Origin: Dicyema japonicum
Taxonomy: Eukaryota; Animalia; Dicyemida
Direction of reading: 5' to 3'
NCBI GenBank assembly: GCA_011109175.1
Contig: RDEW01000068.1
Coordinates: 145,900-209,899 of the forward strand
Length of the DNA: 64,000 bases
The number at the start of each line of letters is the position of its first letter. Positions within the stretch are counted from its first letter, which is position 1. This document shows positions 23,233 through 36,660 of the stretch, one piece after another. The translations under genes and the position numbers were made by a program. The notes beneath the pieces are model-generated. The model had not been told where the DNA came from, searched no databases, and saw nothing but the letters and a program-made list of their open reading frames with translations.

Positions 23233-24149
23233 ACTTTACATTTTATTATTAGCTTTCAATACATGTGTATTTCACGAAATTGTGCATAATTAGAATGACC
23301 TCAATCGACTCATTCGTTATGATAGCTGACACTGATTCTCCAAAGGGGTTTATTCCTGTCGTCAATTTGTTGTGATTTTAGCACTGTCACAACAGGTTTG
23401 ATATTTAATTGTTTTGTTGACCACTAACTAAACCATACATTTTTGGATTTATTAGGGGACTCGTACATTATTCATCTATTGGAGACCCTATCCTAAACTT
23501 GTAAATAAACAGAGAGATTCGTTTATCAGTGACCGTTATCTTAAACTTATAGATTAGCCGAGGGCAAGGGCGTGCCAAAACTTTCTGCTTCCTGTGCGAG
23601 TGTATGATAATGATGTCCTTATAGATAACCTACAAAATCGTGAAGTAAAGGATCAAGTAAGAGTGAGGTGTTTCATCGTTATATTTATTAAACAATCATG
23701 TGTTTCATCACCTCTGGTGGCGCCAGATATAATCCTAAATTATATCCAAAAAGGACCATTAGTCAACAACCATCCAGAGGAGTTCCTTTGACAGCACTTC
23801 CTTTAAGTTCGAACATGCGAAGACTGCTGAGGGAGGCCAGGATCACCTGAATTTTTTCATTCTGGCTATGACGGTGGTTTTGGTTCAATAACTTTAAATT
23901 CACTAAACAATAAACAAAAAGTCAATGTCCTTGGTGTCAACAACAGTCTGTACCACATCTTCTTTCACCTCACTTGTCAGGAATTTCTTTTAATGCTGAT
24001 CAAATATAATCTTGAAAGGCGCTGATTCACAGCGAGCTGCCATCGATTAAAACCCATGAGCTCTATGTCTAGAGTCTATCATGTCAATGATGATAAACAT
24101 CGAAAAAAGTGAGTATAGCTTAATAACGTGAACTCTATGGCTCGGATCT

Positions 24150-25290
24150 GCTACCCCATACAGCATGCTGCCCGGGGCGGCTGACTCTATTGTTACCTTT
24201 AGGCACTCCCCTGGCAGAGGAACTCACAAAAGACTTGTTTGGAGGTTTCTTGTGTTCTCATTTTCAGCAATTGAGTTTGCGGTTAATCATATTCGCACTT
24301 TTATTTACTATTATTATTTCCAGACTGCATAAAAGATGGGAAGAAATCCTCGCAACACGGAATTTCCTCCTAGTAGCAGTGGTTGTCTCGCGGAATGAGA
24401 CCTAGTCATCTAAAGACCTAACTTTTTTGTCCGTTACAGGACTTTGACTTACGAATTCAATTATTTCACTTATGAACCGAATTCTGTCTGGAGTACAAAA
24501 AATCCCCTTGGACACTTATTGTTCTGTCTTGCAATCGAAAGAATCACCAAACATCCTCGCTCGATCCTCAACCTATATTATCTTGATGATTCGGTTCTCG
24601 GAGAAATTCTAGATACTGTCTTCCAAGAATTCCGACCCTGTCAGAAGCTGGATTGGAATTAAATTGCAGTAAATGCGAAATATACAATTGTGGACTTTCA
24701 GAAAGAAGTATTCACAAGCTGTGTCATTTTTTGCGAATTTATTGGCTGGAAGTATTTTCACAGTTGACGAATGGAGTTTTGGATACTTTTATGGAAGATG
24801 AATGCGTCCATATAGGATCTCATTACGACTCGGATTAAAAGACTGTGTGCCGCATCCATGTCGATGCGGAGATCAGATTGACTGTTTTGGCTTAGACACT
24901 CTCCCATGCAAGAAGAATGCGAGCAGATCTCCCAGACACATGGCCTTAATCAAGTCGTTAGGCAAATTTTGGATGCTGCGGACACTCTTCTCTGCTCGAA
25001 CCAGTCGGCCTTTGCAGGTGTGATGGGAAACGACCCGATGGGATGACCATCTTCCCCTTTGAATGAGGGAAAACCTCTTTATCTGGGACGTCCCTTGCAA
25101 CGACCAAACATTCGTTCCTTACAACCTACATCAGAGTGCCCCTAGAGTGTGTTCTACCACGCTGAGAAGGCCGAGAGGTCCAAACGGGCAAAGTACGTGA
25201 TTCTACTAGAGGATTTTTGTTTCTCCGCTCGCGGTTGAAACGTTTGGTTCACCTGCGACGCTGGAATTCTTGAGTCGTCTAGTATTAAAG
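24150..25290 (+). mobile_element. Degenerate CRE-like RLE retrotransposon (mirror about 45570-46680, minus)
   Basis: SLRLGL..CVPHPCRCG....CKKNA.R.PRH, LLEPV.LCRCDG.RPDGMTI and PLAVETF motifs. Confidence 0.75.
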
Positions 25291-25649
25291 TATCCAGGTA
25301 TAAGAGATCATGATTTTAGAGACCAAAGGGAAAAAACAAGAAATGAAGTTTTTATACCGCAGACACATGAAAGGCCATAATTGTGTCCAAAAATCCTTTA
25401 ATTATCATCTGAAGGGGAATGAAAGTGGAGTGTTCAGTTATCGAGTGCTTTTTTAATGAGACCACTTTAAATTTTAATTAATGTCATTGACCCAAAACAG
25501 CACTCGGAGGTTGCCAAGACAAGAGAAAAGGTGACCCGTTTTCTAATCGTTAAGAAATCAACTACCAATAGTTTTGTAGTGGCTACGGGACGAACACTAA
25601 GCTACTGTTCCCAAATTTCTTTAATCAGATGTCATCACATTTTTGACTT

Positions 25650-28600
25650 ATTATTATTACTATGACACTTTCACGAAAGTCATAATGTTTATATGCAACA
25701 CTCAAAGAAACAATATTTATAGTTAGTCTTTTCCATCTTCTTCTGTCGAATGCGAGTGATCTCAATTCGTCCAGGTCGTCCCCAATCTTTAGAATTTTTC
25801 TCACACGATTTAGTCTTTGTTTGAGGTAGTCGGAAGTGTCGATCTAGGTCGTCCGCGGAAGGGTTTGTCGCAACTGTCAAAGTAATCTTCCATCGCTTTG
25901 TTAGCGGGTGCGTCCGGGTTAATTCTTAGTACATGCCCAAATAGCCTCCACCGGGCATCTATCACATCCTTGCTGATGTAAGAACACATACACTTGCTGT
26001 AGATACCAGTGGTTGATATTCTACGTAGCCACTCCAATCCGAGGAAGCTTCTTAGTTGCCTTCTATAGAACGAATCCAGTTTCAATAGTTCGTTGAAGGA
26101 ACTTCCCCATGTCCCAGCGTTGTACAGTATAATCGGTTTCACAAAGTGTTGTAAAGCCTGCATCTGATGTCAATTCCAAGTCCTTTCCTTAGTCATCCTT
26201 CTTCAGTTTAGCCATTGCCGCATTTGCCAGTGTTTTCCTCCTTTACATCTTCATCGTCTCCTAGTAGAGAGCCGAGCTTATTAGTACATCTCCATCATTC
26301 ATGAGTAATATCGTCTTCTCTTTTGATTTCAGTAATTTCAGTTTTGTTTACATTTACGCTAAGAAATCATTTTTCAAGCTCCGCAGGTGAAATTTCTAGC
26401 AGGTGTTGGAGTGCGGTAGGTCCCTGTGATACGAAATCCACATCATCTGCATAAGATGTCTTTATATGTCTCATATATAGCATTTACGAAGATCGCGGAG
26501 AGCAGATTCAAGGTATATGGTGAATAGTAAAGGGGAGTAGAGAATTACCCTGAGGTGTCCCAATCGTTGTTTTGAAACTGCGGCTAGTTGCTCTTCTGTC
26601 TTCACAGATAGTCTTGTGTTCGAAAGTAGTAGTCTGATTATCCTTACTGACGATTCATCCAATATTTGCTCAAACACAGTCATCAGCTTCTGTCTGTTTA
26701 TTGAGTCGAAAGCTCTAAGAGATCTACTCCCAACACGGCCGTTGAATCTTTGGCGCGTTGCGCAGAGCCATTATGGCTCGATACAATGTCTGCCGTAGAC
26801 CTCCCTTCTCGGAACCCACTTTGACTTGCTGGTAGGTATAGATCCGCCACACCCTTTATCCGACTTAGTGCAATGTTTGCCAGCACCTTGCGTATCGAAT
26901 TCAGTTTTCTACTGGTTTTTTTGCTTTGTTCGGTTTTTGTATGGGTATTAATAATCCATTTCCAAGTCCTAGATCGGTATTAGTTTCAAAGATGTCATTT
27001 AGGGTTTTTGCAATTGTGTCGCTAAGTTTTTTTGGCCCATATTTTAGAGCTCAGGGCTTATGTTGTCTGGCCCAACACTCTTGTTGTTCTTCAGTTTATT
27101 TAGCGCTAATTCCACCCCTTCCACTGATGATTTGAATTTTTAGTGCCTTTGGTTTTCCTGGAAAGGGGGAAAGTCCTTATTTTCTGTAGTCAACAGTGTT
27201 TCAATCAATTCTGCTTTTTCTTCCGGATTACCCACGAATTTTCCATCTTTGTCTTTGATGTGAAGGGTGTTTTGTCCTTTCTTTGTCCGCAGCAGCCGCA
27301 AATCCTTGAATTGTCCTTTAGGCATTCCACATCTTTTAATACGTTTTAATAATTTCCCGTGAGTGTTTTCTGTTCATCTTTTTGATTTTCCATTTTAGTT
27401 CCCTTTGTTGGATTTAAGCTCTCTTTTATACTCTCGTCTGACGTGTTTGCCGCTTTTAGCCGTAGCTCTGTGGAGTGCGGAAAAAAGTCAAGCCCGTAAG
27501 CCCATAAGCGGTAAAAAAGACCGGGACACGTGAAGACTGTACTTTGCTCCATTGACATCCACAAAGGTATTGACTCTGCGTCAAGAGGATTCTTACTTGG
27601 AAATTTACCAAAGATCCCTGGAAAGCATAAACTTTGATTAAATAACTTACTTAGGGGTCGGAAGTAAGCGTCTGCATTGGATAGTTAAGATTTATTTCGC
27701 GTCTGCAAAGAGATAGTCAAGATTTATTTCCCCGTCTCCTCCGAATGGTGTTCGCCAAGGATCCCCTTAGTCAAACATTTGAATAGATTTATAAGAGATT
27801 TTCTTGACTCGTTATAGCAATAAGTTTTGCTTCGTTGCACAATTTATCAGTTTTATTTGACTTTCGTCAAATTCGTGATTGTGAGAGATTCCTTCTTTGG
27901 GAAATTCAAAATTGCGCTAAATTTCGAAAATTTATAAGGGAAAAAATTTAAAAAATGGAAAAAAAGTCAAGTATTGAAAAAAATTATTAAAAATTAAAAG
28001 ATGCTAGTAGTATCACAAAAATGCGATATAAACTAAAAAAAGACAACTTGACATTTTTCTGCTTACGGACTTGACTTTTTTTATCTGGCACGTTCGGGTA
28101 ATGATCCAATTGTAGGACGTGATGATTTCGGACTCCAAGGCATATATTGGCCGACTTGGAGATTACCTGCTTTGTTTGATCCCACATAGTTCGTACTGAT
28201 GATTCCGGTGCGGTTTTCTCCATAAGAGTCTCGATTTGTTCGTGAAATTTAGCTTTACAAGTGGGCTTTAACCACATTTTTTCTGTCTGAAAGTATATAT
28301 TGGGCCTTTGTCTCGCCCTCTTCGCGTTTTCAATGTATTTTTCCAGTCAAGTGCTTTTTAACACAAAGCTTTGCAATGACGATCCTGTGGTTGGTGTCAG
28401 TTGTTGTCTTCTGGTAGAAACGTCTATCATTGATCAGGTGTTTATCAGAATTTCGGCAGATAATGTAGTCGATTTGATTATATATTTTCACGGTCTCTCC
28501 GACAGAGTTTTTTCTTTGTCCGTGCCACGTCGTCTTGTTGCGAGCTGAGTGCGTGAAGGCCGTGTTGCACATGAAAAGGCTTTTGCCTCACAGAAGTTCA

Positions 28601-29212
28601 CCAGAGAAGCTCCAGATGCATTTCTCCTTCCGCCCCCGTGTCTTTCAATAGATGATTCTTCGGGCCCCATTCGCATTCCGGCCTTTGCATTCATATCTCC
28701 CGCAACAAAGACAAGGGACGAGGAAGCATTATTAGAGTATGTGCTTGATTGTTTTAAGTAGAATTCCTCGAGCTCACCGGGGTTCTTGATTACTCGTCCA
28801 CAGTGTGGTGCATAGACATTTATGACAGTTAATAGACTCTTGGACGGGCATAGTTCATTTAGTTTGACTTGTAGGACACATATTCGGTCGTTGACTCTAC
28901 AATAGCGATGTAGTTTTTTGAGGTAATCCACGTGTAGGGCAAATCCCATGCCGTAGTGCTTGCATTCAGTTGGGAAGAAAATCAGTCGGTAGTTGTCCCA
29001 TGTCTCATCGCGTCCTTTTTCGATTTTCGTATATTGTAGGCAGCCAATAGATATTTTGTATTTCTCGATATCGTCACAAAGTACTTTCCTTGTCCAATTT
29101 TTCGATATTCCACGTACGTTGAACGTCATTAGCCTGAGTTCTCGATTGTATAATGAGTGTTTTTTAGACATTTTTCTCAACTGTTATTTAATTAAGAAAC
29201 GAGGCACCACCT
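25650..29212 (-). mobile_element. RTE-like LINE (APE + RT), decayed and MITE-interrupted, left copy
   Basis: TFNVRG, INVYAPH, VAGDMNAK and NQIDYI (APE); QSGFREGRST, SPLLF and YADD (RT); GRPRSTLP C-terminus and (TAA) tail. Confidence 0.85.
27475..28091. mobile_element. MITE-like non-autonomous DNA element inserted in the LINE
   Basis: Imperfect terminal inverted repeats gtgc(n)aaaaaagtcaagYccgtaagc at both ends; AT-rich interior; interrupts the LINE ORF. Confidence 0.65.
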
Positions 29213-29299
29213 CACCAAACGATGCGGATGTAAATTAAATATTTTATGGATAAAGAAAAGCATCAAACTAAGATTCCGTCATACAACTCGTTTGTATAC

Positions 29300-29468
29300 T
29301 TTTAGACAACGCTGGAACTCGAACAAGAAATGTCTACTTGCTTCATGACGGATGAAAACCCTTCTCGTGTAGGAAACCATGAGTTCTGAACTCGTCAAGC
29401 CAAAGTGTGGAACTTTCAACAGTACCTGGATTCGAATTAGCACCCGTTACACTGCGCCACCAGGCGCT
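29300..29468 (-). mobile_element. tRNA-headed SINE-A-related element directly upstream of the RTE-like LINE
   Basis: A box TGGCGCAGTG, B box TTCGAATCC and core GAAAGTTCCAC...GGCTTGACGAGT. Confidence 0.55.
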
Positions 29469-29479
29469 AAATCGATAAT

Positions 29480-31265
29480 TAAGTTTCTGTGGAGACAAAA
29501 AAATTCGACAAACTTTATTACAAAACCGGATTAGGAAATAGATGTAAAGGCTTTAATTAGTCCGCCTTTGCAACCTGGATACTTCTGACGTCCCCTATCT
29601 CCATTATTTATTTGAGTTCTAGCGTAGGAATCCATTAATAAATGTGTTCCACAATTTGCTTCACTGGGGCAAGAATCCCGTCTTTTTCAGTGCTCAGGAC
29701 GTCTCGTAGTATTCTGCCAGAAGCTAACTTTATGGCTGATCTTATAGACTTCTCCAGTAGTGATAATATTCTATCCTTCTTCGTGGATAGGTACCACGCT
29801 TTGTAACAATACAATGGCTTCGATAGAATTATCTTCGTGAAAATGAAAAGGAAGGTCTCCGTAATGATGACCAGCTTACGTGTGCAGAGGAGCGCTTGCA
29901 GCGCCTTTTTCCTCATCAGCCTGACGTCCTCCAGAAATGAGCCTTCCTGATCGACTGTTACACCCAGGTAGCGGAGCGAACTAACTCTTGGAATTCCTAG
30001 TGTATAAGGCTAACAGCTGATTTTCATAAAGTTTGACTTCTATGTTAAAAGTATCATCCCTCTCCGGATACGCCAGTTTTGCACTCGTTCAATAAACATC
30101 ATGTTCTCTCGGAGAGTCATCCTCCCAGACATATACATGATTAGAATGTCGTCCGCGTATATTAACAGTTTCGAGTTTAGGTCCGACGGAGTTGGGAAGT
30201 CTGATAGAAATATGTTGAACAACAGGAAGCTCAGGACAGAAACCTGCGGAACTCCTCTTAGTAAGACATCTCTGGATATATTTCCTCCGATGCGCACTTG
30301 GGAAGTCCGTCCCGTTAGGAAGTCCCTTAGTCTGGATAGGAGGACTTCATGGTACACGCAATCGAAGCCCTTAAATAAATCCAAGCATACCATGTTTACT
30401 TGTCTCCTGAATCTCGCTCCAAATGCATTTGATGGATGCAATCTGTGCAAGACTTTCTCGGGTCTGAAGTCCCATTGTTTCGCGAAAAGGAAATCGCTCT
30501 CATATTTGCCGACTCAGCCTTTTTAAGATAATTCACTCAATAATATTGGATACCGAGCATATGAGGCTGATCGGCCTATAGTTGAGAGGGTCTCTCCTTG
30601 ACTTTCCTGGTTTTAGTATCATCTTACTACAGAGTTTTCCATCGTTTTGTGTTGATACTTGCGTTGAAAAGGTTTTTCAATACTAGGAGTAATATCTCCG
30701 GTCCTTCTTTGTACATTCTCATATTGATGTGGTCGAAGCCCGAGCATTTGTTTTGCATGTTCTCGTTGCTTCAATTACTTCCTCGAGGGTGATATCTTCT
30801 CAACATCCTTGAGGTCGTTTAATGAGTAACTACACAGTCATAATGATTTATTCATATGTCTCTGTGCTTCCAATATCAATGGGTACTCCTTGGATTTGAT
30901 CCAATTGTCTTTTAACGATTGCCGAGGTTTCTCCTGCAGAGTGCGAGCCCCCATCAGGGTTGCTTAAGATGATCTTCCTTTCAAAGTACTTCTGCCCAGT
31001 TATTCTTTTGTAGATTTCCAGAAGAAAAGATCTTTAGCATCCAACATGGTTGCCTCGACCCTCCATCTCCTGCTCCAGAGCCAATCTTGTTCCCTCTTCG
31101 ATGGCTCTTTTGGTTATCTTTAGCCGATCGGTGAAAGACATTCAGTCCATCCGGTCAACATATATTCTTAGCTTAGTTCTCAGTCGATTTCTTGCTTTGA
31201 TCGACCCCAAGGTAGTGGGTGAAATGTCGATACTTTTCTTGCGGCTTGCATTCGTGAATTTCTTA
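29480..31265 (-). mobile_element. Degenerate I-group LINE
   Basis: YRPISLI, LDLFKGFDCV, GVPQVSVLSFLLFNIFLSDFP, IYADD and YLGVTVD. Confidence 0.85.
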
Positions 31266-31269
31266 GCAT

Positions 31270-32090
31270 ATTATTTCAAATATGTCTTTATGACGTTTGT
31301 GAGATTGGTCTATATTATCGATTTCAATCATTGACACGGATCCTCCGTCCACCTATGTCTTATAGAGAGCCAGTGGAGGGATTACAGAGCGTTGAATGGT
31401 GTAGGAGGACAAAATACTACTCTCTCTTCTACATGGCATCATAAACTCTTCAGATCTCGTCGTACTCTATTTTGACCCCACCCCAGATCCCTCTGAATAT
31501 CTTTAATGTTAAGGACCAGGTTGTTCATAACTAGTGACTATGCACTGTACAAGGATGAGTCCATTATTGAAATCGGGAAGCAAATACATCGAAATCTTTC
31601 TAGACGAGAGAAATACGTCCTTCCAGTACTCAAAGACTTTCTTTTTATTATCATCGGGGATGAGGTCCATTTTATGAATCATACAGAAGATTTTTGCGGT
31701 ACGGGAGAACTCTATCAGACACTGAATGCAGGTATAAAATATCTCCATATCAGAGCTTAAGCCATTGATGGTGGCATCAAAGACGTAGATGAGCACGTGG
31801 TCATTTATAAGCAGTTCTCGCCGATGGGAGTAAAATTACTGTTCCATGAACGTGTCTTGTCCCCAAAAATCTCACAGTCTAAGTGTCAGATTATCCTGAA
31901 AGTAAAAGAGTGTGTACTCCACCTTAACTATCATAAAAATAAAACTACAAACATATGGTTGCTAATCTGGTGGTGTCCAGTGGGAAAGTATTTGAGAAAA
32001 TAATTCCGCGCATGCTTGTTTTACCAGCACAACTGCGTCCCATTATTAGAAGCTGTTGACTAAGCAAATTAATTACTCTGTCTTTGGGTC
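31270..32090 (-). pseudogene. RagA/B (Gtr1) GTPase-like pseudogene
   Basis: LIMGRSCAGKTSMRGIIFSN, L*DFWGQDTFMEQ*F, VLIYVFD and AKIFCMIHKMDLI align to RagA. Two in-frame stops sit at conserved W and Y; short introns are retained. Confidence 0.8.
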
Positions 32091-32094
32091 TGTA

Positions 32095-34590
32095 TTTATT
32101 TTATTAACAAAGAAATCACGAGAAAGAGAATAAAAGTTATCGTCTAATTAAATGATCCCAGTGTCCATACCAGTCCTTTTCCTGCGGTTAGTTTTGGAGT
32201 CCTGGATTAATCTCCACATCGGGGAAGGTTTCTTCTCATATCTCGGGCAGGCGTCCAAATATAGTTTGATGTGTAGTCTGATGGGATGGTTAGGGGACTT
32301 TGCCATCTTGAGGAATTCCCACTGATGTTCCGTAAAGTAGTCCATGATTGGGAGACGTTTAGTGTTCTCCGCAGTAACCAAATGGACGTCTTTTTCAACG
32401 ATCTCAATAGAATCCAGAGACATCGATTTTGTAAAACCTCCAGCTTGCTCTGTGTCGATATTGATAAGGAGGCAATCCATGCAGCACAAGCGTACGCGAT
32501 ACTAGGTAGAACAAATTGTTTGTATAGAAGTCTAAAGATAGACGGGAAGATACTGGAGAGTGAGTGAAAGCCTTGAGAATTCCGATTTTCTTTTGGATCC
32601 TCGTGGTTACTAAGTCCACTTGATGGGTAAACGTGAGTAGGGGATCCAGAATGACTTCAAGGATTGAAAAAGTCTTCTTAATGGGAAGCAAGGGGTCATA
32701 CAATGCTATTCGTGGTGTTGCCAGTAATTCTTTTCGTGCTGAGGTAAACGTCATTACATGTGACTTTCCAGATGAATATATTCAGACGGTTCTTCAGGAA
32801 CCAAAGACCCATCAGGTTTAGTACGGACCGTGTCGCCTCCTCGATTCTTCGATGTTTAACTGCAACCACTAGATCATCTGCATACAATAAAAGAATTTTG
32901 TTTTTGGTGGTTGGGAATGGGAGGTCACCGAGGAACATGTTGAAGAGCAATGGTGATAACGGTGATTCTTTTAGAACTCCATTTGAAAGTTATCGCGTTT
33001 TTGATTTTTGGTTGTTAGCCACCACATTCGACCGTTGATGAAGATAGCCAACCATGATTTGGGGTAGATCGACGTCGTAAAAATTTTGCTGTAAGGATCT
33101 TCCGGGATGCTGCATCCACTAAGACCAGCACGGTTCTCTCGTGTGGATTTGGGGTATTCTTCCATATTGACGGAATTTTGTTCTCGTTTATTGAGAGGTT
33201 GAAAATTTGTGTTATTGCGGCCGTCGCGGAAAAACCCAGGTGTTTCAGTTCGAGAATGGAGATGTCATCTGAACCGCGGGATGACGAGTTATTAATTTTC
33301 CTGATTACAGAGTGCACCATTTAAAGGTTGAAGAAAGTCATGTTGGGATATTTATTCCTTCAACCATTGCCAGAACGAACATCCGGGTCTTTTGAATATG
33401 GTTTATGACTAATAAGTACTTCATAATGTCATTGGGATTTGGACATGGCTCTCGATGTCTTATTAAATGTGGACAACACTTCTTGAGCCTCCATACCGAT
33501 TTCCATAATACAGTGGGAGAAGTATTGTTTGTGGCTTTTCTGAGCAAGGGTTCCCAACGTTCTTTGTTGTGTTTTGTGATGTTCCGTGTGATTTCTTTAT
33601 TCAGCTTTGATATCCTTTCAGTTACGTCCACTGATTGTCTTTCGAAATTCTTAGTTTATTTTTCGTTTGGATTAGATCTCGCGTTTCAGCATCAATTGGG
33701 TGTGATGGACGTTGAGGACGACCCATCGGAATGTATCTTCTGCGAGCTCGGAATATAATCTCGTTGAGGTATTTGACAGCAAAGTGTTCATTAACTTATG
33801 TTTATGTGGAATCCTCATGAAGATCCGGTTATGGTCGGTATTTAAGTCCTATATAACATCCCACAAAATGACAGCCGCAAGAGAAGGAGCGGCAAAAGAA
33901 ATGTCGGGTGAGGTAGGGGATTCGCCTTGACGGGAAGGAGTCCTTGTGTGTTTACTTGAATTGTTGAGAATGATCATGTCGTCATAACTGTCGGATATGA
34001 GAGCTCCCCGTTGATCAGTTGTTGGTCAGCATACCATTGAGAACTCTTCCCATTTAGGTCACCGCCAATTAGCGTGTTTTCCAACCTGGTGAATCTCTTG
34101 AGTTCGGGCTGTAGCCGCTAGGGCATGACGGTGGAGAGGGTTTTGTACATATTGACAACTGTCAATCGGAGAGAGGGTAGGCATATTCTCAGAATTACGT
34201 GAGGGGTCCGGGATGTCGTCCGAAATATTTCTGGTCATTATATGTTTCATGATTAGCGTAATAAGGCCTCCTCCCTTTCCATTACCTCTGTCTCGTCTGA
34301 CAACGGATTATCCCGAAAAGTTGGGGGTAGGTCGCCGTGGGTTAAGTTTCGTCTCTTGGAGAAGAGCTATATCCATTGAGTGTTTTATGAGAAAGCGTTG
34401 TAGTTCGGCAATTTTTGTTCGGGTACCATTGATGTTAATTTGTAATATGACTAGATCTGGTCCAGTATTTTCCTCGACATCTCCACAGAAAAGGAGTAGG
34501 TTTCGACACTATCAGCGCATCCACTGTTGCGGAATAGGGAGTTTGCAACTCCTTTCCAACACTTCAAATTAGCTAAGTCAACGGGTCTGT
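32095..34590 (-). mobile_element. Nearly full-length decayed I/Ingi-like LINE (2A-like peptide, APE, RT)
   Basis: LLLFCGDVEENTGP directly before LQINING (APE start); LQETKL; DHNRI; ELKHLG; LFNMFLGDLP; LYADD; ORF ends GII*. Confidence 0.85.
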
Positions 34591-34967
34591 ATTCAATAAC
34601 AATAATAACACCAGAGACCACGGTTACACAAACTAACTAATCAAGATAGTTTGTTTAGTAGAATATCAGATTTTATAAATGCTCTGGTTACTTGTAGAGC
34701 CCACTCATCATTTTTGGAACATTGGTCAATGTGTGTTTGGTGAGATTCGGTCAGAAAATCTACAAAAAATAATAGTTATTTCGCAAAACTCATTGAATTT
34801 TGATGTTTTTTGTGAATTTACAAAATGCCTTTTCTCGCTTTTTATATTACAAAAAGAGTCGACAATATAGTGCACCATCCTCAAGAATCATAAATTCTTT
34901 AGGATAATCCTTTACAATGGCCTATACTTTAATTTGGTACGATTTTGCTATCTTAGGCATTTTTAAA

Positions 34968-35273
34968 GCCTTTTCACGAGAGCCATAGTATTTATAGCTC
35001 CGCATAGGAGACACACACTTTATTTAAGTAAAGAACAGTTAATTTTAACTAATCATAGAACCAAGGAATGATCTTCATTTTTTTTTTTTTCTTGTGTGAG
35101 TGTCCTTTCTAGACAATCCAGTTCCGAGTGATTATTCACTGATGACGGCGTCACTCGTCAAACCCTTTTGCATCGTAGATACGTGGAACCTTCCACCAGG
35201 TGAACTGCAGCGAGATTCGAACCCGTAACCTAAGTTACTTTAGCCCGACACCTAACCACTAAGCCGCCCGGCC
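34968..35273 (-). mobile_element. tRNA-derived SINE family A, full-length copy
   Basis: A box GGCTTAGTGG and B box GGTTCGAATC with unpaired anticodon stem; internal poly(A) followed by a conserved ~110-nt 3' segment shared with other copies. Confidence 0.78.
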
Positions 35274-35394
35274 TCTTAGGCATGTCAACCAAAAATAGTA
35301 GCAAAATATATTATTAATAGTTAATTTAAAAAAATAACAAATTAAATCAAAAATTATAAGGTTAAAATTATTTTAACTCCCCCCCCAAAAAAAA

Positions 35395-35975
35395 CCACAT
35401 CAGAGGACAGAACTTATATCAGTGGACATCACAAAAGCGTTCGACTCAGTTTCTAGGAAACTCCTTACAAAAAAAATTTGAAACCAACATCCATCCGAAC
35501 TTGAAACTTTGGCTTGGAAACTTCCTAAATGGAAGACGAGCACAAGTACTTTGCAACATCAAATCAAGATCTCGCTACTTTCCAAATGGAGTCCCTAAGA
35601 CTCCCCATTGTCATCCCAACTCTTCAACCTCTACATAAAAGACATGCCACAAACATGTAATGAGAACTGGCTAATACCTTCATCTGTTAAGTGTAAGTAA
35701 CTAACTAAAACCACATATCATTCTTGCCTCCAATGACAGAAGCATTCAATCAGCGACTCAGTCCGCTCAACAAATGCTTGACAAGCTGGAACTATGGCTC
35801 TCGAAAAGGAGGCTCGACACATCGCAACAAAGTCCTCTGTCATGCTGTTTACCACTTACAAAGACACCTGTGTCAAACCAGAAATCCCTATGAAAAATGA
35901 GACTATTCCTATTAACAAAACATCAAAGATTCTAGTAGTCACCTTTGATCAGGGTCTCTTCTATCCGATATGTTG
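35395..35975 (+). mobile_element. I-group LINE RT fragment
   Basis: ISVDITKAFDSV and FPNGVP; same subfamily as 12965-13556. Confidence 0.75.
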
Positions 35976-36274
35976 ATAACAAATATTGGCCAGTTTGTCA
36001 TGAATTACCGATTTCATTAGCTCTATCAAGTAGTTTTCGTCAGTGCTGAGGACATTATTCATTTCTACCTTTAGCTTTTCTTGTCTTTTCAGCTGCCCTC
36101 TGAAGATACACTAATGTTTACCTATTTTTTACTAAAATATCATTAATATGTAATTGTGTTTTTGATAAATTAGCTATAATGTGGTGATAATGTCCTTGAT
36201 TTCTTTTGTACTTTATTGTCATTATCATAATTGATTACTATAAAGTGATATTCTTTCGCTAATTTCTTGACAGA

Positions 36275-36660
36275 ATGGCTTTGCAATTTGTAATGAGTGA
36301 CAGAAATAAGAGAAAACTTTCTGAGAATGGATATATTTACCTTTTTGAAAAATGTAATGCCCAAGTCACATTTTGGAAATGTGAATGCTATTACAAAATT
36401 AAATGTAAAGCCAGAGTACACACCAAGGGGGACATCATTGTTAAAAGAGTCAATGAACACAATCATGCTGGTGATGCTGCATACGTTGAATGTAAGAGAA
36501 TTACTCATGAGATAAAAAGAAGAGCTCTTGAATCACAAAAAAACGCCCACCTTATTACAACCGAAGTGTGTGTTGGTTTGCCAGAGGAGGTTTCTGCCCG
36601 ACTACCTGAAGCTTCTTTAATTAAAAGGAATATTAGGAACTCAAGAAATTTAAAAGATCG
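36275..36660 (+). mobile_element. FLYWCH zinc-finger N-terminus of a Mutator/MULE-type transposase, truncated
   Basis: KL..NGYIY...TFWKC......CKARVHT.........EHNH FLYWCH/WRKY-like pattern. Confidence 0.72.

Larger units (their letters stand above)
13557..29212. repeat. Inner segment of left arm of inverted duplication (reverse complement of 42020-57410)
   Basis: All genes and TEs recur in mirror order; the ORF track shows near-identical paired proteins (e.g. 16106-17041 vs 53929-54864). Confidence 0.97.

Noticed and set aside
31830-31880. TGA at a conserved Trp and TAA at a conserved Tyr in RagA, suggesting a variant genetic code
   Set aside because: Other genes use TGG for conserved Trp and end at TGA or TAA at the expected positions (HACD, GPCR, MCEE, HP1), so these are nonsense mutations.
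35139-35165. Hammerhead core CTGATGA in SINE-A antisense
   Set aside because: No GAAA after a closable stem II and no stems I or III.
35200-35273. tRNA gene
   Set aside because: A and B boxes are present but the anticodon and acceptor stems do not pair, and the sequence continues into a dispersed repeat body, so it is a SINE head.
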